From positions 768,001 through 832,000 of the forward strand of contig BK006938.2 in NCBI GenBank assembly GCA_000146045.2: 64,000 nt of DNA. The letters are read 5' to 3'. The stretch's first letter is position 1. The number at the start of each line of letters is the position of its first letter. The notes below the pieces were generated by a model. It ran no database searches and had not been told where the DNA came from. It saw only the letters and a program-made list of their open reading frames with translations. Shown here one piece after another: positions 35,236 to 46,451 of this stretch. Source of the stretch: TPA_inf: Saccharomyces (Eukaryota). A program made the position numbers and the translations under genes.

Positions 35236-36517
35236 TGGTAGCGCCTGTGCTTCGGTTACTTCTAAAGAAGTCCAAACAACTCAAGATCCGTTAGACATTT
35301 CAGCTTCCAAAACAGAAGAATGTGAGAAGGTTTTCACTCAGGCTAATTCTCAACAGCCAACAACACCTCCCTCAGCTGCTGTTCCAGAGAACCATCATCA
35401 TGCCTCTCCTCAAGCTGCTCAAGTACCATTGCCACAAAATGGGCCGTACCCACAGCAGCGAATGATGACTCCCCAACAAGCCAATATTTCTGGTTGGCCA
35501 GTATACGGGCACCCATCTTTGATGCCGTATCCACCTTATCAAATGTCACCTATGTACGCTCCACCTGGAGCACAATCACAGTTTACACAATATCCACAAT
35601 ATGTTGGAACACATTTGAACACCCCGTCACCTGAGTCAGGTAATTCATTTCCTGATTCATCCTCAGCAAAGTCTAATATGACATCCACTAATCAACATGT
35701 CAGACCACCGCCAATCTTAACCTCACCTAATGACTTTCTAAATTGGGTTAAAATATACATCAAATTTTTACAAAATTCGAATCTCGGTGATATTATTCCG
35801 ACAGCAACAAGAAAAGCCGTACGTCAGATGACTGATGACGAACTCACCTTCTTATGTCACACCTTTCAACTATTTGCTCTATCTCAATTCTTACCCACCT
35901 GGGTTAAAGACATCTTATCTGTTGATTATACAGATATCATGAAAATTCTTTCCAAAAGCATTAACAAAATGCAGTCTGATACTCAAGAGGTAAATGACAT
36001 TACGACCCTAGCAAATTTGCATTATAATGGAAGTACACCTGCAGATGCATTTGAAGCAGAAGTCACAAACATTCTTGACAGACTAAAAAACAATGGCATT
36101 CCTATCAATAACAAGGTAGCATGCCAATTCATTATGAGAGGTCTATCTGGCGAATACAAATTTTTACGCTACGCACGTCATCGATATATACATATGACAG
36201 TTGCTGATCTGTTTTCAGACATACATTCTATGTATGAAGAACAACAGGAATCAAAACGTAATAAATCTACTTATAGGAGAAGTCCGAGTGATGAGAAGAA
36301 AGACTCTCGCACCTATACGAATACAACCAAACCCAAATCCATAACTCGGAATTCCCAAAAACCAAATAATTCACAATCAAGAACAGCCAGGGCTCATAAC
36401 GTATCCACATCTAATAACTTTCCCGGCCCTGATAACGATCTCATAAGAGGATCAACTACTGAACCGATTCAATTGAAGAATAAACACGACCTTCACCTTA
36501 GGCCAGGAACTTACTGA
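35195..36517 (+). CDS. Ty1 TYA (Gag capsid protein), 440 aa, intact
   Basis: It begins [59 protein letters not shown], which is the canonical Ty1 Gag sequence. The full-length ORF ends ...LHLRPGTY*. It corresponds to a YDR170W-A-type annotation. Confidence 0.9.
   Translation: MESQQLSQHSPISHGSACASVTSKEVQTTQDPLDISASKTEECEKVFTQANSQQPTTPPSAAVPENHHHASPQAAQVPLPQNGPYPQQRMMTPQQANISGWPVYGHPSLMPYPPYQMSPMYAPPGAQSQFTQYPQYVGTHLNTPSPESGNSFPDSSSAKSNMTSTNQHVRPPPILTSPNDFLNWVKIYIKFLQNSNLGDIIPTATRKAVRQMTDDELTFLCHTFQLFALSQFLPTWVKDILSVDYTDIMKILSKSINKMQSDTQEVNDITTLANLHYNGSTPADAFEAEVTNILDRLKNNGIPINNKVACQFIMRGLSGEYKFLRYARHRYIHMTVADLFSDIHSMYEEQQESKRNKSTYRRSPSDEKKDSRTYTNTTKPKSITRNSQKPNNSQSRTARAHNVSTSNNFPGPDNDLIRGSTTEPIQLKNKHDLHLRPGTY
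35236..35245 (+). other. Ty1 minus-strand primer-binding site (tRNAi-Met complement)
   Basis: The sequence is TGGTAGCGCC immediately 3' of the LTR end. Confidence 0.75.
36497..36503 (+). other. Ty1 +1 programmed ribosomal frameshift heptamer CUU-AGG-C
   Basis: CTTAGGC lies in the TYA frame 14 nt before the TYA stop, and the TYB reading frame continues in +1 from GGC at 36501. Confidence 0.75.
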
Positions 36518-37688
36518 ATCTACGGTGAATCACACTAATCATTCTGATGATGAACTCCCTGGACACCTCCTTCTCGATTCAGGAGCATCACGAACCCTTA
36601 TAAGATCTGCTCATCACATACACTCAGCATCATCTAATCCTGACATAAACGTAGTTGATGCTCAAAAAAGAAATATACCAATTAACGCTATTGGTGACCT
36701 ACAATTTCACTTCCAGGACAACACCAAAACATCAATAAAGGTATTGCACACTCCTAACATAGCCTATGACTTACTCAGTTTGAATGAATTGGCTGCAGTA
36801 GATATCACAGCATGCTTTACCAAAAACGTCTTAGAACGATCTGACGGCACTGTACTTGCGCCTATCGTAAAATATGGAGACTTTTACTGGGTATCTAAAA
36901 AGTACTTGCTTCCTTCAAATATCTCCGTACCCACCATCAATAATGCCCATACAAATGAAAGTACACGCAAGTATCCTTATCCTTTCATTCATCGAATGCT
37001 TGCGCATGCCAATGCACAGACAATTCGATACTCACTTAAAAATAACACCATCACGTATTTTAACGAATCAGATGTCGACTGGTCTAGTGCTGTTGACTAT
37101 CAATGTCCTGATTGTTTAATCGGCAAAAGCACCAAACACAGACATATCAAAGGTTCACGACTAAAATACCAAAATTCATACGAACCCTTTCAATACCTAC
37201 ATACTGACATATTTGGTCCAGTTCACAACCTACCAAAGAGTGCACCATCCTATTTCATCTCATTTACTGATGAGACAACAAAATTCCGTTGGGTTTATCC
37301 ATTACACGACCGTCGCGAGGACTCTATCCTCGATGTTTTTACTACGATACTAGCTTTTATTAAAAACCAGTTTCAGGCCAGTGTCTTGGTTATACAAATG
37401 GACCGTGGTTCTGAGTATACTAACAGAACTCTCCATAAATTCCTTGAAAAAAATGGTATAACTCCATGCTATACAACCACAGCGAATTCCCGAGCACATG
37501 GAGTCGCTGAACGGCTGAACCGTACCTTATTAGATGACTGCCGTACTCAACTGCAATGTAGTGGTTTACCGAACCATTTATGGTTCTCTGCAATCGAATT
37601 TTCTACTATTGTGAGAAATTCACTAGCTTCACCTAAAAGCAAAAAATCTCAAAATTCCCAATATTCACATAGTCTAAAGTACCGATAG
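36501..37688 (+). CDS. Ty1 TYB (Pol) fragment, truncated within the integrase catalytic core, covering protease and integrase zinc-binding domain
   Basis: It is in the +1 frame relative to TYA. It has the protease active site [12 protein letters not shown] and the integrase HHCC motif (H..H...C..C in [10 protein letters not shown]...[11 protein letters not shown]) with the start of the DDE core (DIFGP...). The frame terminates at 37688 with non-Ty sequence ([12 protein letters not shown]), so RT and RNase H are absent. Confidence 0.75.
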   Translation, partial: GQELTESTVNHTNHSDDELPGHLLLDSGASRTLIRSAHHIHSASSNPDINVVDAQKRNIPINAIGDLQFHFQDNTKTSIKVLHTPNIAYDLLSLNELAAVDITACFTKNVLERSDGTVLAPIVKYGDFYWVSKKYLLPSNISVPTINNAHTNESTRKYPYPFIHRMLAHANAQTIRYSLKNNTITYFNESDVDWSSAVDYQCPDCLIGKSTKHRHIKGSRLKYQNSYEPFQYLHTDIFGPVHNLPKSAPSYFISFTDETTKFRWVYPLHDRREDSILDVFTTILAFIKNQFQASVLVIQMDRGSEYTNRTLHKFLEKNGITPCYTTTANSRAHGVAERLNRTLLDDCRTQLQCSGLPNHLWFSAIEFSTIVRNSLASPKSKKSQNSQYSHSLKYR

Positions 37689-37774
37689 CAACCAACATAT
37701 ATAAACAGTAGTATTTTACGAAGCTGAATTGCAAGATTAGTGAGAGGAGAATAACCGGATAATTTTTTTGGATT

Positions 37775-37980
37775 ACGTTATTGTTAAAGGCTATAATATT
37801 AGGTGAAACAGAATGTCCTAGAAGTTTTTTTCTTTCATGTTAAATTTATTGATTCTTGCGCTTCAGCTTTTATAAAACATAAGAACTGTTTCTTCACGTT
37901 AACTTCTTGTGCCACATATAATGATGTACTAGTAATATGGGTACTATTTGGCAGATGATATTTGATTTTTATTCAAGACG
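37775..37980 (-). repeat. Diverged Ty1/Ty2-type delta LTR remnant in inverted orientation
   Basis: I aligned the reverse complement of the 5' LTR in this same window by eye. The segment ggctataatattaggt matches the reverse complement of acctaatattatagcc. The segment tcttgcgcttcagctt resembles the reverse complement of aagctgaagtgcaagga. The segment gatgatatttgatttttattcaagac resembles the reverse complement of tgttggaataaaaatcc. I estimate about 75-80% identity; this is not computed. Confidence 0.5.
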
Positions 37981-38377
37981 GTTACTGTTTCTACGATTGA
38001 TATTTTCATTCCTGGATATCATCTTGCCAGATCACTTACAATTTAGGCCGCGCCTGAATTGAAGAGTACTTCAATACGTAGTGTACTGTCCAAACTCTCT
38101 TCCAAATTTTTAATATTTAGCTGGGGTTGGGTAACAAGTGAGCAAGGGAAAAAGTGAACATTTTAAGAAGAACAATAAAATAGCAAGAGATGGAATGGTA
38201 ATGCTTGGCTCTCGAGAAGAGTAGCATAAAACGAGACTTGTTTAAAACAGGATATGACATACTTCAATTCAGCTTTCCCTATCAGCCGCTCGAGCAGTTA
38301 TATAGGTGTGTTGCCGGAGTAATTTGGCGGAGGCCAACAGTGGCTAGGCGGCAACGCCTGGAACACGCGCTTAAAAG

Positions 38378-38395
38378 TTCTGGAAGGTTCGCGAA
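38378..38395 (+). promoter_or_regulatory. Heat-shock element (four alternating nTTCn/nGAAn units) about 230 bp upstream of HSP42
   Basis: The sequence TTCtgGAAggTTCgcGAA is a perfect 4-unit HSE. Confidence 0.55.
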
Positions 38396-38408
38396 TTGAG
38401 AACTGCTC

Positions 38409-38443
38409 AGGGGCGAATACAGGGGCGGCCTTGGCGGCAGGGG
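38409..38443 (+). promoter_or_regulatory. Cluster of three STRE (AGGGG) Msn2/4 sites upstream of HSP42
   Basis: AGGGG occurs at 38409, 38421 and 38439 in a G-rich stretch directly 3' of the HSE. Confidence 0.45.
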
Positions 38444-38620
38444 GGAGGCCTCTGTGAAGTTAGTTATATAAGACTTGCTGTCATCGTTTTTTTGATCCCG
38501 GCAGGAACTATCTTTTATTCTCATACATACGGTCAAGAAGTATAATTATACATAACATAGGGACACGTTCAGGCAATTGTCCATATCCCACACAAATTAA
38601 GATCATACCAAGCCGAAGCA

Positions 38621-39748
38621 ATGAGTTTTTATCAACCATCCCTATCTCTTTATGACGTTTTGAACGCATTATCCAACCAAACTGGCCAGAGAGGGCAGCA
38701 AGGATATCCTCGCCAACCACAAAGGCCACAGAGATACCATCCCCATTATGGACAAGTGCACGTTGGCGGGCATCATCCTCGTCATCATCCATTGTATAGC
38801 AGATACAATGGTGTTCCTAATACCTATTACTACCAGTTCCCTGGACAAGCCTATTACTATAGTCCTGAATACGGTTATGATGACGAGGATGGTGAAGAAG
38901 AGGACCAAGACGAAGATATGGTGGGTGACAGCGGCACTACAAGACAGGAAGATGGTGGCGAGGACAGCAACTCGAGAAGATATCCATCATATTACCATTG
39001 TAATACTGCCAGGAATAATAGGACCAACCAACAGGCAAACAGTTTAAACGACTTATTAACCGCGTTAATAGGTGTTCCACCATATGAAGGCACTGAACCA
39101 GAAATTGAAGCAAATACCGAACAGGAGGGCGAAAAGGGAGAAGAAAAGGATAAGAAGGATAAGTCTGAAGCACCCAAAGAGGAAGCTGGCGAAACCAACA
39201 AAGAAAAACCTTTGAATCAGCTGGAGGAATCGTCGAGACCACCATTAGCCAAAAAATCTTCATCGTTCGCTCACCTACAAGCGCCTTCCCCAATACCTGA
39301 CCCGTTACAAGTATCCAAGCCTGAAACGAGAATGGACTTACCATTTTCACCAGAAGTGAATGTCTATGATACCGAGGACACTTACGTAGTTGTTCTTGCG
39401 TTACCAGGTGCTAACTCTAGGGCTTTCCACATTGATTACCATCCATCTTCTCATGAGATGCTCATCAAGGGTAAGATCGAAGACAGAGTGGGCATTGATG
39501 AAAAATTCTTGAAGATCACGGAACTAAAATATGGTGCGTTTGAGAGAACCGTTAAATTCCCCGTGCTGCCACGCATTAAGGACGAAGAAATTAAAGCTAC
39601 TTACAACAACGGTCTACTACAAATTAAGGTGCCTAAAATTGTCAATGACACTGAAAAGCCGAAGCCAAAAAAGAGGATCGCCATTGAGGAAATACCCGAC
39701 GAAGAATTGGAGTTTGAAGAAAATCCCAACCCTACGGTAGAAAATTGA
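38621..39748 (+). CDS. HSP42: Small heat-shock protein with alpha-crystallin domain, 375 aa
   Basis: A long Tyr/Gln/Pro-rich N-terminal region is followed by an alpha-crystallin domain (PEVNVYDTEDTYVVVLALPGANSRAFHIDYHPSSHEMLIKGKIED...YGAFERTVKFP). It begins MSFYQPSLSLYDVLNALSNQTGQ. Confidence 0.9.
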   Translation: MSFYQPSLSLYDVLNALSNQTGQRGQQGYPRQPQRPQRYHPHYGQVHVGGHHPRHHPLYSRYNGVPNTYYYQFPGQAYYYSPEYGYDDEDGEEEDQDEDMVGDSGTTRQEDGGEDSNSRRYPSYYHCNTARNNRTNQQANSLNDLLTALIGVPPYEGTEPEIEANTEQEGEKGEEKDKKDKSEAPKEEAGETNKEKPLNQLEESSRPPLAKKSSSFAHLQAPSPIPDPLQVSKPETRMDLPFSPEVNVYDTEDTYVVVLALPGANSRAFHIDYHPSSHEMLIKGKIEDRVGIDEKFLKITELKYGAFERTVKFPVLPRIKDEEIKATYNNGLLQIKVPKIVNDTEKPKPKKRIAIEEIPDEELEFEENPNPTVEN

Positions 39749-40242
39749 ATATCGTATCTGTTTATACACACATACATACATTTATATTTATAATAAGCGT
39801 TAAAATTTCGGCAGAATATCTGTCAACCACACAAAAATCATACAACGAATGGTATATGCTTCATTTCTTTGTTTCGCATTAGCTGCGCTATTTGACTCAA
39901 ATTATTATTTTTTACTAAGACGACGCGTCACAGTGTTCGAGTCTGTGTCATTTCTTTTGTAATTCTCTTAAACCACTTCATAAAGTTGTGAAGTTCATAG
40001 CAAAATTCTTCCGCAAAAAGATGAATCTTAGTTCTCAGCCCACCAAAAGAGGTACATGCTAAGATCATACAGAAGTTATTGTCACTTCTTACCTTGCTCT
40101 TAAATGTACATTACAACCGGGTATTATATCTTACATCATCGTATAATATGATCTTTCTTTATGGAGAAAATTTTTTTTTCACTCGACCAAAGCTCCCATT
40201 GCTTCTGAAGAGTGTAGTGTATATTGGTACATCTTCTCTTGA

Positions 40243-42381
<2,139 letters not shown>

Positions 42382-42564
42382 ATTTCTTGCAAACATAAGT
42401 AAATGCAAACACAATAATACCGATCATAAAGCATTTTCTTCTATATTAAAAAACAAGGTTTAATAAAGCTGTTATATATATATATATATATATAGACGTA
42501 TAATTAGTTTAGTTCTTTTTGTACCATATACCATAAACAAGGTAAACTTCACCTCTCAATATAT

Positions 42565-43632
42565 CTAGAATTTCATAAAAATATCTAGCAAGGTTTCAAC
42601 TCCTTCAATCACGTTTTCATCATAACCCTTCCCCGGCGTTATTTCAGAATGTGCAAAATCTATTAGTGACATGGAACTCAAAGAACCAGTTGTTTTTTTG
42701 TCCTTTGGTCCTTCGCTGCTTCCCTCGGCATCATCATCATCATCATCATCATTATCATCATCGTCGTCATCATCGTCTATAAAATCATCTCGCATAAGTT
42801 TGTCAACATCATTTAGTAATTCCCATCGCTCCGGGTCTCCTTCGTAAATAAACAAAAGACTACTTGATATCATTCTAACTTCTTCTTCTAGCATAGTATT
42901 ATAAAACAACTGCAATCTTTTCAAAAATGTTTTCTTCAGTTGATGCTTTCTCGCATCCGACAGATGAGGATTGTTAAAATAAAGTTCAATTGCATCTGAA
43001 ACATTTTGATCGGTTCTTGAACGACCATACAATTTGTTTATAAAGATATAATCACTGTCTGCTTCTTCTTCGTAATATTCGAGCGAAAGCTGATTCAGCA
43101 CAGAGGGATTTTTCTGTATTTTCATGCCACATATCCTGAAACCCAAAGATCCTGAAGTCGTCGTCTCACTGACTCTTTTCATTCTCTCTCTTTTTTCCAA
43201 TGATGCCTTCGAATCATACAAAGTTTTGCCTAATTTTATATCAAGTATATTAGGTTTACTAAATCCATATAGTAGATTTTCTAAAACGAGGTATTGCTTG
43301 GACTTCTCAGACTTTACAGGTATTGAATCAAGATTATCAGTGGAATCACTTAACCGCTCATCTATCTTCAGAAGCGCAGCATCGCCACTTTGCTCGATTT
43401 TTGCCCCTTCATTCAAGACTCCAAGATACGTGGGCATCCAAGAGCACAAGGGAGCATCTCCATCAGCCGAAGACTTTCTTCGACTCACATCTCTCACTTG
43501 TATGGCTTTGTAGAATTCCAGTTCCTGCGGAAAGGCCGGTTTAAAGATGAGCAATCCATCACCGTCTGTTAGAGTACCGTCGTGGCCAGCAGCTTTATGC
43601 TCTAAAACCCTATAATTGTTTACCGTATCCAT
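42565..43632 (-). CDS. ARG82: Inositol polyphosphate multikinase, 355 aa
   Basis: The ORF track entry carries 9 extra codons; the ATG at 43630-43632 gives MDTVNNYRVLEHKAAGHDGTLTDGDGLLIFKP. The IPK PxxxDxKxG motif (PNILDIKLGKTLYD) is present, and there is a C-terminal poly-Asp insert (DDDDDDDDNDDDDDDD). Confidence 0.85.
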   Translation of the reverse strand: MDTVNNYRVLEHKAAGHDGTLTDGDGLLIFKPAFPQELEFYKAIQVRDVSRRKSSADGDAPLCSWMPTYLGVLNEGAKIEQSGDAALLKIDERLSDSTDNLDSIPVKSEKSKQYLVLENLLYGFSKPNILDIKLGKTLYDSKASLEKRERMKRVSETTTSGSLGFRICGMKIQKNPSVLNQLSLEYYEEEADSDYIFINKLYGRSRTDQNVSDAIELYFNNPHLSDARKHQLKKTFLKRLQLFYNTMLEEEVRMISSSLLFIYEGDPERWELLNDVDKLMRDDFIDDDDDDDDNDDDDDDDAEGSSEGPKDKKTTGSLSSMSLIDFAHSEITPGKGYDENVIEGVETLLDIFMKF

Positions 43633-44109
43633 GTGAAAAAAATTTCTACTTAGGCACACGTATGCACATATCCATGTAAGCTACTAATGGAAATTGTTTA
43701 ACTGATTACTGGTAAAAAAGGGATCTCCAATGGCTTTATCTTATTCCATTTTGTCCCACCATTTGTATACAGTATAAAGACATTTTGGTGAGATACTTAG
43801 TTACCCAGCCTACTTCTGAGAAATATTACCCGACTCGATTATCTACCAATTGGCTTCGAGAACGTGGTTTTTCACCATTTTTTTTCCCGCTTTTTTTTTT
43901 CATCCGACCGTTGTGGCGGAGAGAAGCTTCCGGAAGGGAATTCACTCAGATTCTCTCCAGTACCACGGGGGGCAACTCTGCCTGGAACACTCTCTTCCTT
44001 CAAGAACTTAGCAAGAAGTACCAATTAGTCCCAGCGGGCCCTCAGGGCTGGTCTACTGCCTTATACTCTAGGATGTACATCCTACCACACACAACAAGCC
44101 TGTCACACC

Positions 44110-44850
44110 ATGACTACAGATCCTTCTGTCAAATTGAAGTCCGCCAAAGACTCCCTCGTCTCCTCCCTCTTCGAGTTATCAAAAGCTGCTAATCAGACAG
44201 CCTCCTCTATTGTTGATTTCTACAATGCCATCGGCGACGATGAAGAAGAGAAGATAGAGGCTTTCACCACTTTGACTGAGTCTTTGCAAACATTGACTTC
44301 TGGTGTAAACCACTTGCACGGCATCAGCTCGGAGCTGGTTAACCCTATTGATGATGATAAAGATGCTATTATCGCTGCTCCAGTCAAGGCTGTAAGAAGA
44401 AAGATCGAACGTGATCCAAATGCTCCAAAGAAGCCACTGACTGTTTTCTTTGCTTACTCTGCGTACGTTCGTCAAGAACTTCGTGAAGACAGACAAAAGG
44501 CTGGCTTGCCACCTTTATCCTCAACTGAGATTACTCAAGAAATCTCCAAGAAATGGAAGGAATTGAGTGATAACGAAAAAGAAAAATGGAAGCAGGCTTA
44601 CAACGTCGAGTTGGAGAATTACCAAAGAGAGAAATCCAAATACTTAGAAGCAAAGAAAAACGGTACCCTACCACCAGCTTCCTTGGAAAACGGTCCAACT
44701 CATGCGCCGGTTCCAATTCCTTTCAGTTTACAGCACGCCGCTGAACCTCCTGTGGAAAAGAGACCTCACGATGATGATGGATCTTCGGAAAAGAAGAAGA
44801 AGAAGAAGAAGAAGGATAAGAAGAAGGACAAATCCAACTCTTCTATTTGA
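44110..44850 (+). CDS. HMO1: HMG-box chromatin protein, 246 aa
   Basis: It has an HMG box (PNAPKKPLTVFFAYSAYVRQELREDRQKAGLPPLSSTEITQEISKKWKELSDNEKEKWKQAY) and a C-terminal lysine-rich tail (KKKKKKKKDKKKDK). Confidence 0.85.
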   Translation: MTTDPSVKLKSAKDSLVSSLFELSKAANQTASSIVDFYNAIGDDEEEKIEAFTTLTESLQTLTSGVNHLHGISSELVNPIDDDKDAIIAAPVKAVRRKIERDPNAPKKPLTVFFAYSAYVRQELREDRQKAGLPPLSSTEITQEISKKWKELSDNEKEKWKQAYNVELENYQREKSKYLEAKKNGTLPPASLENGPTHAPVPIPFSLQHAAEPPVEKRPHDDDGSSEKKKKKKKKDKKKDKSNSSI

Positions 44851-45192
44851 TGGACGGACAAACTCGTTACTATTACTCTACTGTCTTTCTAAAATAAATA
44901 TAATAATAAAAAAAGGAATAAAATATAGCAGCATGGGCTTGCTTTGCCCATAGTGTATGCACATATATATATATATATATGTATCTATCCCTCTCCTCTT
45001 GTAACAGTATATCTTCCTTTTCATTTTCGTTGTGTATATGTATGTATATAGTTCTAAATTTGCGATTATACCTTTTCAAACCTCTCAATGTTGTATTGTG
45101 CTAAAACTATGTACATTTTAGAGAAAAAGAAGGAAGCAAAACAAATACATAATATATACAGGGGGGCCGTTCTTTTTGTTTTTGAACATGTA

Positions 45193-46170
<978 letters not shown>

Positions 46171-46451
46171 TTAGTAGTGTCAAATGTTTCGGTAACTCTA
46201 CTGCCTTGTTCACAGATCGAAATATACTCAGAATCAGTTACAGAAAAGGTCCCATTTAGCGTAATTTCTTAGCGGAACTCATTAAAGAGCTCCGACGTGC
46301 AACGCGATAAAGGTTCGCCGACGACAACAAAACAATGGCAGGCAGTCATTAAATGAACGCCATCAAATGAAATATTCGTGGTAGCGATTACAATAAGGAA
46401 GTTGGAAAAACATAACAAAGACGGAGCGACGAGAAGTATTGGACAGGACAT

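Larger units (their letters stand above)
34895..37690 (+). mobile_element. Ty1 (copia-type) LTR retrotransposon, 3'-truncated: 5' LTR, PBS, TYA and the N-terminal part of TYB
   Basis: It starts with TGTTGG at 34895, 93 bp upstream of the tRNA-Gln 5' end. The LTR is followed by TGGTAGCGCC, which is complementary to the 3' end of tRNAi-Met. Ty1 Gag and the protease/integrase translation are present, but homology ends around 37650-37690 and there is no reverse transcriptase, RNase H or direct 3' LTR. Confidence 0.88.

Noticed and set aside
37860-37890. Near-match to the ARS consensus (aaaacataaga versus WAAAYRTAAAW, 10 of 11 matches) suggesting a replication origin
   Set aside because: It is a single imperfect ACS inside the diverged delta remnant, with no B-element evidence. 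AT-rich yeast DNA yields many such matches by chance. I vaguely recall an ARS being annotated in the HSP42/SUP35 neighbourhood but cannot place it, so I make no feature call.
43785-44192. 135-aa plus-strand ORF overlapping the HMO1 promoter and 5' end
   Set aside because: It is in a different frame from HMO1 and starts in the promoter. The translation is Pro/Phe-rich junk.
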